A stretch of 64,000 nt of DNA from Kiritimatiellia bacterium (GCA_038330175.1 JBBQNS010000004.1:67-64066), one strand, 5' to 3'. Shown: positions 49,344 to 59,960, counted from the first letter of the stretch. Numbers and translations are program-made. The notes: a model not told the origin generated them from the letters alone.

Positions 49344-50396
49344 CTATTCGAAGCGAATGATCTGGCCCGTCTTGTGGGACAGCATGCAAGCTTCCATCAA
49401 CTTCATGACCCGCATGACTTCATCATTCTTGATAGCCGGCTCGCTCTTGCCCTCGATGACCGCCATGACATTACGATAAAAATCGCGTACGTCAGACTTG
49501 ACGCGTGGCAAGGGTTCCTCGGTGGCCGTAGTATCAAACCGGGGCGCCATCGTTTTCGTCAAACCGGCGCCCGCCACAATGGGCTTGGCATCCATGTCCT
49601 CGAACGTCCGGAGTTTCATGATTTTGCCATTCAGTCCCCAGTCCTCAATGATCGCCGTTCCCGTGGTTCCACTGACATACCATAGAGGCAAGCTCAGGAA
49701 ATTGCAGGTCCCGACCTCAACCATGACCGTCTTACCGTGCTCAAAGGTCAAAAAGACATGGAAGCCTTCATCGACTTCTTCGCCAGTGGGAAAGTTAAGT
49801 TTGCAGAATACCTGGGTGATACGACCTTTAATCATGACGCTGATACGGTCGAGCAGGTGAACGCCCCAATCCAGCATCATCCCGCCCCCCTGATCACCCA
49901 GCCGGCGCCAATCTCCCGGGATGCCTCGTGAACCCTGGACTCTGGTTTCGATATGGAACACCTCACCAATCAGGTTCTCGTCATAGATTTTTTTAACAAT
50001 GAGATAATCCTCGTCCCAACGCCGGTTCTGATGCACCTGAAACACCATACCGGTTTCGGAAGCTACGTCCAGGATAGCTTTTAATTCTGTGCTGTTTAAA
50101 CAAACAGGCTTTTCGCAAATCACGTGCTTACCCGCCCGCATGGCTTGGATCGCGATGTCTTTATGAAGATGGTTGGGCGTGGCAATCAAAACGATCTTAA
50201 TCGCCGGGTCAGCCAGAAGTGCCTCCTGGCTGGGATAGGCCTTCAAGCCTTTTTGAGTGGCCGCCAACTGGCGATCCGCCTTGATGTCGTAAACACCAAG
50301 CAACTTGAGCTTAGAAACGCCGACCATCATTTCCGAATGTTGGTTTCCCATGCCGCCAAATCCAATGATGGCGACTCCGAATGTATGACTGCTCAT
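49344..50396 (-). CDS. Gfo/Idh/MocA-family NAD(P)-dependent oxidoreductase
   Basis: N-terminal Rossmann ..VAIIGFGGMGNQH.. and EKP motif (..ICEKPVCL..). Confidence 0.85.
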   Translation of the reverse strand: MSSHTFGVAIIGFGGMGNQHSEMMVGVSKLKLLGVYDIKADRQLAATQKGLKAYPSQEALLADPAIKIVLIATPNHLHKDIAIQAMRAGKHVICEKPVCLNSTELKAILDVASETGMVFQVHQNRRWDEDYLIVKKIYDENLIGEVFHIETRVQGSRGIPGDWRRLGDQGGGMMLDWGVHLLDRISVMIKGRITQVFCKLNFPTGEEVDEGFHVFLTFEHGKTVMVEVGTCNFLSLPLWYVSGTTGTAIIEDWGLNGKIMKLRTFEDMDAKPIVAGAGLTKTMAPRFDTTATEEPLPRVKSDVRDFYRNVMAVIEGKSEPAIKNDEVMRVMKLMEACMLSHKTGQIIRFE

Positions 50397-50567
50397 AAAA
50401 CTCCTCTAATTAACTTATATTGTTTCTGGCACTCGTAAGTTGAGAGTGCCTCTTTCGGACTGAAATTGTGGCGATGTTGCCACAGGGTGGGCAACAAGAG
50501 CAAGGATGAAGGCAGCACCCAAATTCTCGTGCCTAAGGGCTTGGTCTCTCCTGGAAACTTCATCATA

Positions 50568-50686
50568 CACCCTTTATTAGCGCGGCTCAGCAAGCTTCGC
50601 CCTCCAGCAGAAAAATCCTGCCTTTGTAGATCATATTCTTCTGGAGGGCGAAGCTTGCCTGAGCCGCGCGGGCAGGGTGAATCAGG
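50568..50686 (-). repeat. long-hairpin palindromic element, copy C of 3 (inverted orientation)
   Basis: caccctttattag-cgcggctcagcaagcttcgccctccag..ctggagggcgaagcttgcctgagccgcg-cgggcagggtgaatcagg. It is the reverse complement of the A/B consensus, including the terminal tgaataaaagg and ccctgccc blocks. Confidence 0.85.
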
Positions 50687-50919
50687 CGGCCCATCATCAG
50701 ACATTCTTGCGCAGTGGCAGTGAGAGATCATCAATGGATAATAGGGTGTGTTGCATAAGGAATTTCATTAAGGCTTAGTCCGATCGTGATCCACGAGGCG
50801 CGATCAGCCAGCTGCTCGACCTGGTTCATAAGCGCTAGACGGCAGGAGCGTCGGCGCCGGATCGCCCGCCTGTTGCGGTAACATCGCATAGGCAATGCCG
50901 GACAGCGTCTGTGCACAAA

Positions 50920-53223
50920 TCACAAACACTCACCCTGGATCTGAACCGTGAACGTCCGAGTCGCTCCTGCCATCACCTTGAAAATCGGCCACCGCAGAGC
51001 GGCCGCTTGGCCCAGGATGGCTCCGGCCGCAGTGGACGGCTCCGCAAAAACTCGGACTTCGGCGTCAAAGGCGGTGGGATTGTGGCATTCCAAGGTTACG
51101 GTCTTTTTATCACTCTCAACCAACCGGACCTCCACATGATCAAGGACGCATAGCAGACCGCTATCCGGTTGCACATAAATACCGGGTAGCTCCGCAGTAG
51201 TCAGCATCAGCGAGACCTCGGGCCAACAGGAACCGAAAAGACTGCCGCCGATGTTACCGACACCTTCCCAGTCGCTAAAATTGACACGTTCGCACATGTA
51301 GCCGGGCTTCATCTGTGGCGGATCGCCCACAGGCCGATCAAGGCGCGAGAGATACTGTGGCAGATTGTGAGCCGTTTCCTGAATCTGGTCGAGATACAGG
51401 CGGTTACCGGTGTAGCGGAATAGTTTAAATAGGGAATCACCGGACAACGTACAGAACCCCGGTGCACTATGCTTGTTCTGAACATTCGCCCACACTGAGC
51501 CAGCCGCACGCATATCCAGGCGGCCGAACCAGGAGGCGGCTGGAAAGACGTGGTCGTAGGACGCACACCAGGTCAGGCACTGCGAAGCCATCGCTTCGGC
51601 ACGCTCCAGCCAGAGCCGCCGGCCCGTGACTTCATAGAGAACCACAAACGATTCCAACATGGCAAAAGCGGATTCGCTGTCGGCACCTTTGAGGATTTCT
51701 CCGGGTCCGCCAGTAGTGATGCCCGCCTGCACATCACGCGCGTCAAGTTGCTTCGCTAACGCCTCAGCAACCTCGATATATTCAGGTTGGGCAAAGAACT
51801 GCCCGGCCAAAGCCAGTGCGCCGGATCCCATGGCTGAGGCGGTGGAGCCGCCCACCACCATCGCGCCAGTGACGCAATCCAGGTATTGGCCGAGCTGTCC
51901 GTGACGCCGGAATGTTTGCACAAACAGGTCTGCGAGCTGTCGTGCGCCCGCCGCCCATTCCGCTGGCAACCGCCACCCGGCATCCTGCCTCTGCAGGACA
52001 AGAAACGTCTTGATCAGGAAATAAAGGGCATCCGCCTGCCTACGCACCATGGTCCAGTTCTCGGTACCAGGTACGCCGAAGCCATCAGAGTAAGCCACGC
52101 CCAAGTGCTGGATGGGATGGAAAAGGCCATTCGGATACCGGGCGTGGGCAAACATCCACTCAAGGTTAAGCAAGGCGCGCTGGTGCGAAACCGGTGTGCC
52201 GGCGACAAGGAAGGGCGGAATCACCATCCCTCCACCAACCCAGCCCACCTGCCAATCCTGAAACGGGCTCCGGGCGGCTTCTTCATGGGTACCCACCCGA
52301 TAATAGCCACTTTCACACCAATTCTCGTGCTGGTACTTCTCCTCGACAATTCGCCAAGCCGCTGAAAACGGCAGCTCATGCTTGAGCGCCACCGGGCCGG
52401 TGAGATCTTTTCGCACCACGGCGAAACGATCGTAGAGATCCTGCACCGAGCGGGCGGGAAAGCGAAAAAGCCGGAAACGAATCGTGACCGGAACGCCAAC
52501 TATCCAGTTTGCCCCACGATCCCACGACGGCGTCGTCGTATTGGTCATGGTGTAAAGGGTACCCCGTCGAACACCCGGCGCCTCGATGCGTAAAGTTGCC
52601 TGAGAACGATTGAGACTCTCCTCTACGGTCAAACCATGATTCCCAAAGGCGCTGCCCTGCTCGGTAAGCAGGATGGCCGCCATGCCGGTACAGGGATCGT
52701 AAAAGCTGATACAGGGTGTGGTCACATCGCCAGTCAACAACTGCAAACAGGATGGCGCCCCACTTTCAAGGCTCAAGCGCGGCACGTCAGTCACCAGGAT
52801 CGGGGCTTCCGGACCGATATCCGCCGGTTCATGAACCATCGGAGGGTATTGGTAAGGCCGACAGGGATAACGGTTTCCATTGTAGGCGGCGGCGGGGAGC
52901 ATGACGAACGTTTGCTGTGACCAAGGCGTCACAGACCATTCTAGCGCCACGGCCACTTCGCGGGCTGCTCCTTCCGTCACACAGAAGGTAAGCTGTCCGT
53001 CGAAAGCGTCCTCAATGTCCGGAACAGGTGTCAGCGCGGCCGAAATTACCCAGGATGCCTCCGCGAACCTCGCCTTGCTTGTGGTTAGGCCAATGTCTCT
53101 GATCACATGGCATTCATGGGAACGTTCTTGGCAGCCGTCAAACTGCGTCAGGCGAGCGCAGAGTTGAAATGGGGGCAGTATAGGGGCGAGGGTGGATTGG
53201 GTTATGGTCTTCTCTGTCTTCAT
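50920..53223 (-). CDS. large hypothetical protein, possibly an (alpha/alpha)6-barrel glycoside hydrolase
   Basis: 767 aa with no motif I can name. The neighbourhood is glycan-degrading. The call is by context only. Confidence 0.3.
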   Translation of the reverse strand: MKTEKTITQSTLAPILPPFQLCARLTQFDGCQERSHECHVIRDIGLTTSKARFAEASWVISAALTPVPDIEDAFDGQLTFCVTEGAAREVAVALEWSVTPWSQQTFVMLPAAAYNGNRYPCRPYQYPPMVHEPADIGPEAPILVTDVPRLSLESGAPSCLQLLTGDVTTPCISFYDPCTGMAAILLTEQGSAFGNHGLTVEESLNRSQATLRIEAPGVRRGTLYTMTNTTTPSWDRGANWIVGVPVTIRFRLFRFPARSVQDLYDRFAVVRKDLTGPVALKHELPFSAAWRIVEEKYQHENWCESGYYRVGTHEEAARSPFQDWQVGWVGGGMVIPPFLVAGTPVSHQRALLNLEWMFAHARYPNGLFHPIQHLGVAYSDGFGVPGTENWTMVRRQADALYFLIKTFLVLQRQDAGWRLPAEWAAGARQLADLFVQTFRRHGQLGQYLDCVTGAMVVGGSTASAMGSGALALAGQFFAQPEYIEVAEALAKQLDARDVQAGITTGGPGEILKGADSESAFAMLESFVVLYEVTGRRLWLERAEAMASQCLTWCASYDHVFPAASWFGRLDMRAAGSVWANVQNKHSAPGFCTLSGDSLFKLFRYTGNRLYLDQIQETAHNLPQYLSRLDRPVGDPPQMKPGYMCERVNFSDWEGVGNIGGSLFGSCWPEVSLMLTTAELPGIYVQPDSGLLCVLDHVEVRLVESDKKTVTLECHNPTAFDAEVRVFAEPSTAAGAILGQAAALRWPIFKVMAGATRTFTVQIQGECL

Positions 53224-53585
53224 TTAAATTCCCTGAACCTTAATGAAAGCTGCGAAACAAGTTTACGAAAAAAAGCAACCATCCGCCGAGCTCCAAACGA
53301 CCAGGCGGTGCGGGGTGTATGCACATCATCGGGTCGAACCCGGATTGTTGCAAGACGGATTTGCCCGCCGGCAGAGGCAATGCCATGCGCAAAGAAAAGT
53401 CCGGCACACCATAGGGAGGCATGCGAAAGATGCCGAGGTAACAGCAGCCAGGCCACGGGGAGTAACAGATTAACGACCAATGCCGGCATCAGCATCGGGC
53501 GACTGCCCACACGGTTCGCCAGCCAGCCCCACCCCACACTTGACAGCGCGCCGCCCGCCAGCATCACGGCATCCAGACGGACCAC
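53220..53585 (-). pseudogene. MFS transporter C-terminal fragment (about 3 TMs)
   Basis: 121 aa of hydrophobic helices resembling the last helices of an MFS permease. There is no N-terminal half. Its stop overlaps the next gene's start. Confidence 0.3.
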
Positions 53586-53748
53586 GGTTCCTGAGGATGC
53601 TAGTGTTTTCTCTTTGCGTTCTTCACGAGCTTCTGTTCAAATTCTTTCTTCTTCGAATCATGACCAAGATGCGATTGATTCAAGTCGTAAGGCACTAGGA
53701 AACTCTTATGAAACTACCCACCCGTAATCTATTCACTGGTGCAGGTTC

Positions 53749-54891
53749 TTGCCCACGCAAAAGCCATTGGCCTTCCCGCCATCAGTTACGATGATCTTCC
53801 CTGAATTAAAGGACTCTACTGTGACAACATCCATTACCGACATTGATCCGAACTTCCGTGCTTTAACCCTGAATGGCGTCAATCTGGTCTTCCAGCCCGC
53901 CGATATCGCGCCATTTACGTTAACCGGCCTACCTTGGTATGCGCAGGAACGCACCTATTGCCGCCTCCCCCAGGTCTCCCTGCCACTCGCCAATGATGGC
54001 GTGAAACATCTGGCCTGGCATACAGCAGGTGCGACCGTCCGCTTCCGCACGGATTCATCGGCCATCGGCATACAGACCAAACTCCGCTTCGGTAACGATA
54101 TGTCTCACATGCCACGCAGCGGTAGCGGCGGTTTCGATCTCTACGAAGGCAGCGGCTCAGCGAAAGTCTTCCGTTCCAACTTGCGGCACGAAAGCGGCGC
54201 AACCGAAATTAGCGGACTCTTCCGGAGCAATATGCCCAAGGAAATGCGTGAATGGACCCTATACCTGCCACTCTACAATGGCGTGGAATCTCTTTCCATT
54301 GGCCTCGACCCCACAAGCCGGATGGAGCCACCTACCCCGTTTCAAACCAGCAAGCCGGTATGCTTCCATGGCTCATCGATTACCCAAGGGGGCTGCGCCT
54401 CTCGGCCCGGCAACGCCTACTCCGCTATCGTTACACGCCGTCTTAATGTCGACATGATCAACTGGGGCTTCAGCGGGAGTTGCCGCGGTGAATCCCTCAT
54501 GGCGCAACTGATTGCCTCCCTCGATCTCAGCGTTCTGGTTCTGGACTATGACCATAATGCCCCCACAGCCGAACACCTCGCGGTAACCCATGAACCTTTT
54601 TTTCAGCTTATCCGCGCCGCACGCCCCACCTTACCGGTCGTCTTTGTCAGTAAGCCAGACTTCTACGGCACGCCGGACTGCTTCCAACGTAGAGATATCA
54701 TCCGCAGCACCTATGCACACGCCGTGGCACAAGGCGATCATTTCGTATCATTCGTAGATGGCGAAAGCCTCTTCGGGGAAACTGAACGCGATCTCTGTAC
54801 CATCGACGGCTGCCACCCCAACGACATCGGGTTCCTGCGCATGGCCGACGCAATCACTCCTGCTGTAAAAACGGCCCTTCATATCCAATAA
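53749..54891 (+). CDS. SGNH/GDSL-type hydrolase (carbohydrate esterase/sialate O-acetylesterase-like)
   Basis: Block I ..VCFHGSSITQG.. and a C-terminal D-x-x-H block (..TIDGCHPND..). There is an N-terminal beta-sandwich-like extension. Confidence 0.6.
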   Translation: MPTQKPLAFPPSVTMIFPELKDSTVTTSITDIDPNFRALTLNGVNLVFQPADIAPFTLTGLPWYAQERTYCRLPQVSLPLANDGVKHLAWHTAGATVRFRTDSSAIGIQTKLRFGNDMSHMPRSGSGGFDLYEGSGSAKVFRSNLRHESGATEISGLFRSNMPKEMREWTLYLPLYNGVESLSIGLDPTSRMEPPTPFQTSKPVCFHGSSITQGGCASRPGNAYSAIVTRRLNVDMINWGFSGSCRGESLMAQLIASLDLSVLVLDYDHNAPTAEHLAVTHEPFFQLIRAARPTLPVVFVSKPDFYGTPDCFQRRDIIRSTYAHAVAQGDHFVSFVDGESLFGETERDLCTIDGCHPNDIGFLRMADAITPAVKTALHIQ

Positions 54892-55029
54892 TAACGCGCT
54901 GTGGGGCTCATGTAGGAGGAGTGCTTGCGCCCGATTCTTGGGCCATCCATCGCGCCCAAGGGCGCTTCCCAGATGAATCGCGGGCTCCAACATCAGCGCC
55001 GACAGGCCCCCGATTCCAAAACTATGGGT

Positions 55030-56637
55030 TTAAAGCCTGACGGCTTCAAATAAACTCCACCGCCCCTGCTTGATGCACAATGATTGGGGTTGCATCGGTT
55101 GGAATTTCATGTCTGAAGGCAAGTCCTTGCGCTCACGTTCGATTTGTCGCGAGGACAGCATATAGACGACCTGTCGGCCTTGGGCCAATGAATCCCGAAC
55201 ACGCTGCTGTTTCAATTCCAAAAGCCCCTCCGCTGTGCTTGCTTGGTAAAAAGCTTCAATGGCCTGTTGCCGTTTAATTTGAAACTTAGGATTGTAATTC
55301 AAATTCGTCCCCATACCAGTGGCATCATAATGAGTATGGAAGGCCGCCACATTATAAACACGGAATTCCTTACGGCCATCCAGCGCACCTTTCCCTCCCT
55401 CATCGGTAAAGATAACCGCATTGGGCTGAAGTACCGCTTCAACAGGAGTGCGCCAAACGTTTTCACGTGCCAAGGGTTTGCGTAGGGTTGCGACCAGATC
55501 TAATTGCTCCCGATTCAATTGCATTGCCAGCAAAAATGGCAGTACCAACAGAAAAATAAAAACGCCCTGTTTTCCCCAGCGTCCACTCGAACGGTCGACC
55601 CACCCGACCATAGAACCGTAGAACACGGGGAAGGTTACCAGCAAGAACCGTAACAGCCAATGAGACCTGAATGCGTCCCAATAATAACACCCGTAGAACA
55701 AAAGAAAAGGCGCCACCCACAACACACGCAGGAGTCGATCAGCACCCGAGCCAAACAAAAACAAACCTAAACCTCCTAAAACAAAAGGAACTCCAACAAA
55801 ACAGTAAAATGCTTCGATATATTTAGGAAACCGCTGACTTAAGAAAGACCATTCCAAAGCGCGATTTTCTCCTGAAAGGGAATACCCGGAAGTTAAGGGG
55901 TTACCGAATGCGGCCCATTGATAGACGCCTAGCAGGACGAACATCAGCAGATAGCCACTAGCCACCAGGCCCAGCTCCTTCCAGACTTTCCGCCCTGTGT
56001 TACCCCCACGCCACCCAAGCCAAGCATGACGGCACCAAACAAATGTCAGCGGTAACCCCAGCAAAACGTTGGCAGGGCGTACCATTACGGCAAAGCCCAA
56101 TAACACTCCAGCCACCACCCCCCACCCCACATGGCCCCGCTTGAGCCAACGCCATAAACAGGCCATGCCCCACACCACCACACAAAGATCCGCCGAATGG
56201 GATAATTGGTAGTTGGAAAAAAACGTTACAAAACTATCCAAACCCAACACCGCCGTGGCAATTAAAGCGGCACCGTGGGACATCCATTCACGAAACAAGG
56301 CGAAGGCGCCCAGTAGCATCAGGGCACCCAAGAGGGGGCTGACCCAAACCATGCCATCATCCCCCGCCGCCCAATAAAACGGCACCATCAAAAGCGGATA
56401 ACCGGGCGGGAACTTAGGAACCAGCTTTCCATCTGCAGTTTCTACCCAGGCGTGATCTTGATGCAGGAATGGATCCTTATCTTCAACCGCCAAAGGCCCC
56501 CCTGTCGCCAGGCGCTTGGCCAGAAACTGATAGGCTCGCACATCCGGCTCGCTACAAAGGTCACGATGAATGCGAATCTGTACCGCCAAAAATAATCCGA
56601 CAATGACCAGCAATAGCCCCCAACTGACGAACTTCAT
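55030..56637 (-). CDS. polytopic membrane glycosyltransferase of the PMT/ArnT (GT39/GT83-like) type
   Basis: More than 10 predicted TMs with aromatic-rich loops. The assignment is by architecture only. Confidence 0.45.
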   Translation of the reverse strand: MKFVSWGLLLVIVGLFLAVQIRIHRDLCSEPDVRAYQFLAKRLATGGPLAVEDKDPFLHQDHAWVETADGKLVPKFPPGYPLLMVPFYWAAGDDGMVWVSPLLGALMLLGAFALFREWMSHGAALIATAVLGLDSFVTFFSNYQLSHSADLCVVVWGMACLWRWLKRGHVGWGVVAGVLLGFAVMVRPANVLLGLPLTFVWCRHAWLGWRGGNTGRKVWKELGLVASGYLLMFVLLGVYQWAAFGNPLTSGYSLSGENRALEWSFLSQRFPKYIEAFYCFVGVPFVLGGLGLFLFGSGADRLLRVLWVAPFLLFYGCYYWDAFRSHWLLRFLLVTFPVFYGSMVGWVDRSSGRWGKQGVFIFLLVLPFLLAMQLNREQLDLVATLRKPLARENVWRTPVEAVLQPNAVIFTDEGGKGALDGRKEFRVYNVAAFHTHYDATGMGTNLNYNPKFQIKRQQAIEAFYQASTAEGLLELKQQRVRDSLAQGRQVVYMLSSRQIERERKDLPSDMKFQPMQPQSLCIKQGRWSLFEAVRL

Positions 56638-56873
56638 TGTTCTACTGTATTCCTGCATTTTTCACTCCAGTTCACTTGTTGGCGAGCGTTATATCACGTG
56701 TTTCGCAGGTTTTGAAACGGTTTTGATTCGTCAGGCGGATATAGGTAATGGGTCACTCATGGTGGTAAATCTTCTCTTGAATTTCATCCTGGCAGATTTA
56801 CCCCTACGTGAGTGACTGACCCCTTACGGATATAGAAGTTGAGTGATTCCGTGCAAAGTGATACTTTATCACC

Positions 56874-57428
56874 ATGATTTCGCAGGAAAACATTTTAGCC
56901 AAAAGACTAGGCACGACTGTGCACGTATCCCCTCTTCGCATGAAACTCGAACGGCTACGCATACAATTTCCATCCCCCTCGGCAACCTGCCTTGAGGACT
57001 GGCTTGTCGACGTCGCGAACGAACGTGGTGCACGCATTGTTTTTCGGGAAGATAGGGCGGCAGATGTTCTGACTAACGTGCCGCACACCCACCTGACTGA
57101 TGAAGAGTTAATTGTCGGGATCTGCGAGTTGCAGAACTTGGATCGACCACAGATGCTCCGTCTTGCGGCACAGCTGATCTCGCGACAAACGGTTAACCTG
57201 CGACACCTTTGCCATATTGCTGAGCAGGAACGTACAGACATCATCCTTGCTGAACTGGCCCGCCAAGCTTTGAGGGTGGATGAAAAGCATGTAACGTGGA
57301 AAGCCATAGCTAAGCGTTTTTCGCACACGCGGCCGGTACGTGATACGATCCTGCATTGGACTCGGATTTCTGAGCCGGTAATGAAGAATGGCCGCTGTGA
57401 TGCACAAAGATGGGTGCTCGTTGCATGA
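56874..57428 (+). CDS. hypothetical protein (first gene of a two-gene module)
   Basis: 184 aa with no recognisable motif. It overlaps the next ORF by 19 nt. Confidence 0.35.
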   Translation: MISQENILAKRLGTTVHVSPLRMKLERLRIQFPSPSATCLEDWLVDVANERGARIVFREDRAADVLTNVPHTHLTDEELIVGICELQNLDRPQMLRLAAQLISRQTVNLRHLCHIAEQERTDIILAELARQALRVDEKHVTWKAIAKRFSHTRPVRDTILHWTRISEPVMKNGRCDAQRWVLVA

Positions 57429-57733
57429 CCAATGCCCAACGGATTCTCGCGCTTCTGGATGCGAAGCTCACTTCTCCGGTTGAACTGACTCTCTACGGGC
57501 GGGCAGCGCTGCATCTTGGGTTTCCTGATGCACCTATCGATCTGCTCCTGCGCAAGCTTATGCGTGACGATCCCATCGACCGCGCAGACGCACAATTCAT
57601 CGTGAGGGTTTCGAATCTGGGGATTTCTGACATTATCGAGGCAATATCAAGGGCACGTGTGCCCGACTCACCAGAGATCCAGGAACAGCTCGAGCGGGCA
57701 TCCAGCAAGCTACTCAAAACGCTCACAGCCTAA
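57410..57733 (+). CDS. hypothetical protein with degenerate minimal-nucleotidyltransferase-like motif
   Basis: ..VELTLYGRAALHLGFPDAPIDLLL.. loosely resembles the G-S-x9-13-D-x-D NTase core (compare LFGSRARGDARPDSDIDLLV). The resemblance is weak. Confidence 0.3.
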   Translation: MGARCMTNAQRILALLDAKLTSPVELTLYGRAALHLGFPDAPIDLLLRKLMRDDPIDRADAQFIVRVSNLGISDIIEAISRARVPDSPEIQEQLERASSKLLKTLTA

Positions 57734-57921
57734 ATGCGGGAGATGCGACAGCGTAAGCCGTGGTGCTACCAGAAGACCTCATGGCTCGGCTTTAGGCGGC
57801 ACGCCCCAAGGGGCGCCTGTCCGCGATTCACTCCATTTGTCCCAGATGAATAGATTCGCTATTGAGTTGGACACCACCAAAACGATTTGGTTTTCGCCGC
57901 TGCGCAAATGCGGGGCGATGT

Positions 57922-58194
57922 TCAGCCGATATGCTCTTCCACCAACTGCCCATTCACAAAAACCATATATTCACCCGTGACCGGTATCGGATACTTGATA
58001 GCGCACGCCCCAGGCGGCAGTTCTGCACGCAGCAAAACATTATCCGACTTCATCTGCGCTTCTTTCCGCAAGGCCGCCACCGTCGGCCACTCACTGTCAT
58101 CAAATCCCGCTTGTTCCCAGCCGACCACCTTGCTCCAGCCCCGCTCTCGAATTTTCCAAACCGGCAACTCATTCCAGGCCTCATCCAGCGCCAA
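57922..58194 (-). pseudogene. glycoside hydrolase N-terminal sugar-binding domain fragment (GH2-like DDSEW motif)
   Basis: ..GFDDSEWPTVAAL.. resembles the GH2 N-terminal DDS.W..I.VP motif. It is 90 aa only. Confidence 0.3.
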
Positions 58195-58298
58195 CGCGGT
58201 TCATAGTTTAGAGAGTAACAATGATCGCAAAAAAACCATGCGCAACAGTTCTTGTATGAATTCCGACATCGTGGTAACTTCCGCACCTGTTTTTCTTT

Positions 58299-58375
58299 CG
58301 GGGTGTAGCGCAGCCTGGTAGCGCGTCAGCCTTGGGCGCTGAAAGTCGTGGGTTCAAATCCCGCCGCCCCGACCA
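58299..58375 (+). tRNA. tRNA-Pro (anticodon UGG)
   Basis: CGGGGTG-TA-GCGC-AGCCTGGTA-GCGC-G-TCAGC-CTTGGGC-GCTGA-AAGTC-GTGGG-TTCAAAT-CCCGC-CGCCCCG-A-CCA. Cloverleaf with a 7-bp acceptor stem, anticodon loop cuUGGgc and encoded CCA. Confidence 0.9.
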
Positions 58376-58491
58376 TTTTCTGGCTCAGTTCGGTTTGTTG
58401 TGAATAAAAAACCAGTTACTTCCGTCTATACGGGTATAAGCACTCGTGGTATAAAGATAGCAACAAAAAGCTCAATTAAAGGAAGCTCAAC

Positions 58492-58953
58492 ATGAAGAAA
58501 ACACTGATTCTGAAAACTGCAGGAGTAGCCATGGCCGGTCTTTTTATGATGGGCTGCTCGACACCTCAATATCAGGAAAACCAGAGCACTTTCAATCAGG
58601 CTGCCATTGGCGCGGCTTTGGGAGCGCTCGCCGGCGGCATCATCGGCAATAACAGTCACGGCGCATTTGGAAACCGTGAGGGCATGGTCGCTGGAGCCGC
58701 TCTTGGAGGACTACTGGGCGGGACGATGGGCCATCAAACCGATAAGTCTAATGCGCAGATGGGCAACATGAACGCTCAAATCGGTGCTGCCAATGAAGCG
58801 GCCAATACAACCATCATCAATGTGAAAAACTCCAATGGGTCTTATACCCCAGTCACCCTGCGCCGGGTGGGCAATCAATACGCGGGTCCACGAGGCGAGT
58901 ATTACCCCGCACTGCCCACTGAAGATCAGCTGAAAATCGCCTACGGCTTCTAA
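58492..58953 (+). CDS. glycine-zipper outer-membrane lipoprotein (17-kDa antigen/YMGG-like)
   Basis: Lipobox ..LFMMGCSTP.. and glycine zipper ..AAIGAALGALAGGIIGN..VAGAALGGLLGGTMG.. Confidence 0.65.
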   Translation: MKKTLILKTAGVAMAGLFMMGCSTPQYQENQSTFNQAAIGAALGALAGGIIGNNSHGAFGNREGMVAGAALGGLLGGTMGHQTDKSNAQMGNMNAQIGAANEAANTTIINVKNSNGSYTPVTLRRVGNQYAGPRGEYYPALPTEDQLKIAYGF

Positions 58954-59168
58954 TCCTATTTTCACGACTGGACACTGAAAAATATTTTGAACAGAAGCTC
59001 ACCAAGAACGCGAAGTTAAGGATTCATCCCACTGCGGGCATGCCCGCCGGAGTCCGGCATAGGCGGGAGGTGGTAGCAAATCCATTCTCCTTTGTGGGCT
59101 TCGTGAGCTTCTGTTCAAATTTCTTTCCCCGCGAAACGGGTGCTGGCCCCCTAAGTGCCCGATTAGTC

Positions 59169-59582
59169 CTATTTGGCTAGGAGAATTACGATCAGTTTTC
59201 CCTGACCGGATGAAAGCCCGCCAATGATCAATGGGGTTCCATCGCGAAGCTCTACACTAGTTTGCATGATTTTTTTACCCCCGCGCTCCAAAACCACATT
59301 CAGGCTCTCTTGCGTGCCTTCACAACGCGCTACAATTCCCGAGCTTAATGAGGCCACGCCCTTCGCGGGGAGTGGCATGGAACGGCTCGCCAGCAGTTGG
59401 AATGTTTTATAGGGCAGATTGTTTTGAAGCAGGTTCGCAACATCTCCTAGCCCAACACCCATCCCCTGCCCCGCATGGCTCGCCTCAACCAGTCTGACGC
59501 TTAGCGTCGAGCCAGCGATCCCATTCCCTGCGGTGAATATAAGCACCAGAAGCAGGATTATTTTAAAGGGTGCTCTCATCAT
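59169..59582 (-). CDS. secreted hypothetical protein
   Basis: Signal peptide MMRAPFKIILLLVLIFTAGNGIAG. It is co-oriented with the ECF sigma/anti-sigma pair. Confidence 0.45.
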   Translation of the reverse strand: MMRAPFKIILLLVLIFTAGNGIAGSTLSVRLVEASHAGQGMGVGLGDVANLLQNNLPYKTFQLLASRSMPLPAKGVASLSSGIVARCEGTQESLNVVLERGGKKIMQTSVELRDGTPLIIGGLSSGQGKLIVILLAK

Positions 59583-59960
59583 TTACCCCTTGCTCCCGTC
59601 GTCAGCTTCCAAATCGGTCACCCAGACCACTGTTCCAGAATTATCTTCATCGGTCATAATAATCACACCACTATGGGGTGCAAGTATCTGCAATGACTTG
59701 ACTTGGGTAACCAGGGTGGATTGAGCAGGCCAGAAGAAATAACCCAGCATCAGGAGCGCTGCCGCCGTTACTCCAATATAACGCCAGCCTGAAATAAAGA
59801 TTCGCGAAATAGACGGGGCTTCTACAGGAGTTTGGCGCATCAGGGACGCGCGTGCTTTGAAGTCCTGCATGAACGATTCAGAATCGTTATGAGGAGGAGG
59901 AGACTTCCGGCTTCGCAATCCTTCTTCTATTTGTTTCCATGAACTTTTGTTCACAACCAT
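59583..59960 (-). CDS. putative membrane-bound anti-sigma factor
   Basis: Single TM (..IGVTAAALLMLGYFFW..). It sits immediately downstream of, and overlaps, the ECF sigma gene. Confidence 0.4.
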   Translation of the reverse strand: MVVNKSSWKQIEEGLRSRKSPPPHNDSESFMQDFKARASLMRQTPVEAPSISRIFISGWRYIGVTAAALLMLGYFFWPAQSTLVTQVKSLQILAPHSGVIIMTDEDNSGTVVWVTDLEADDGSKG

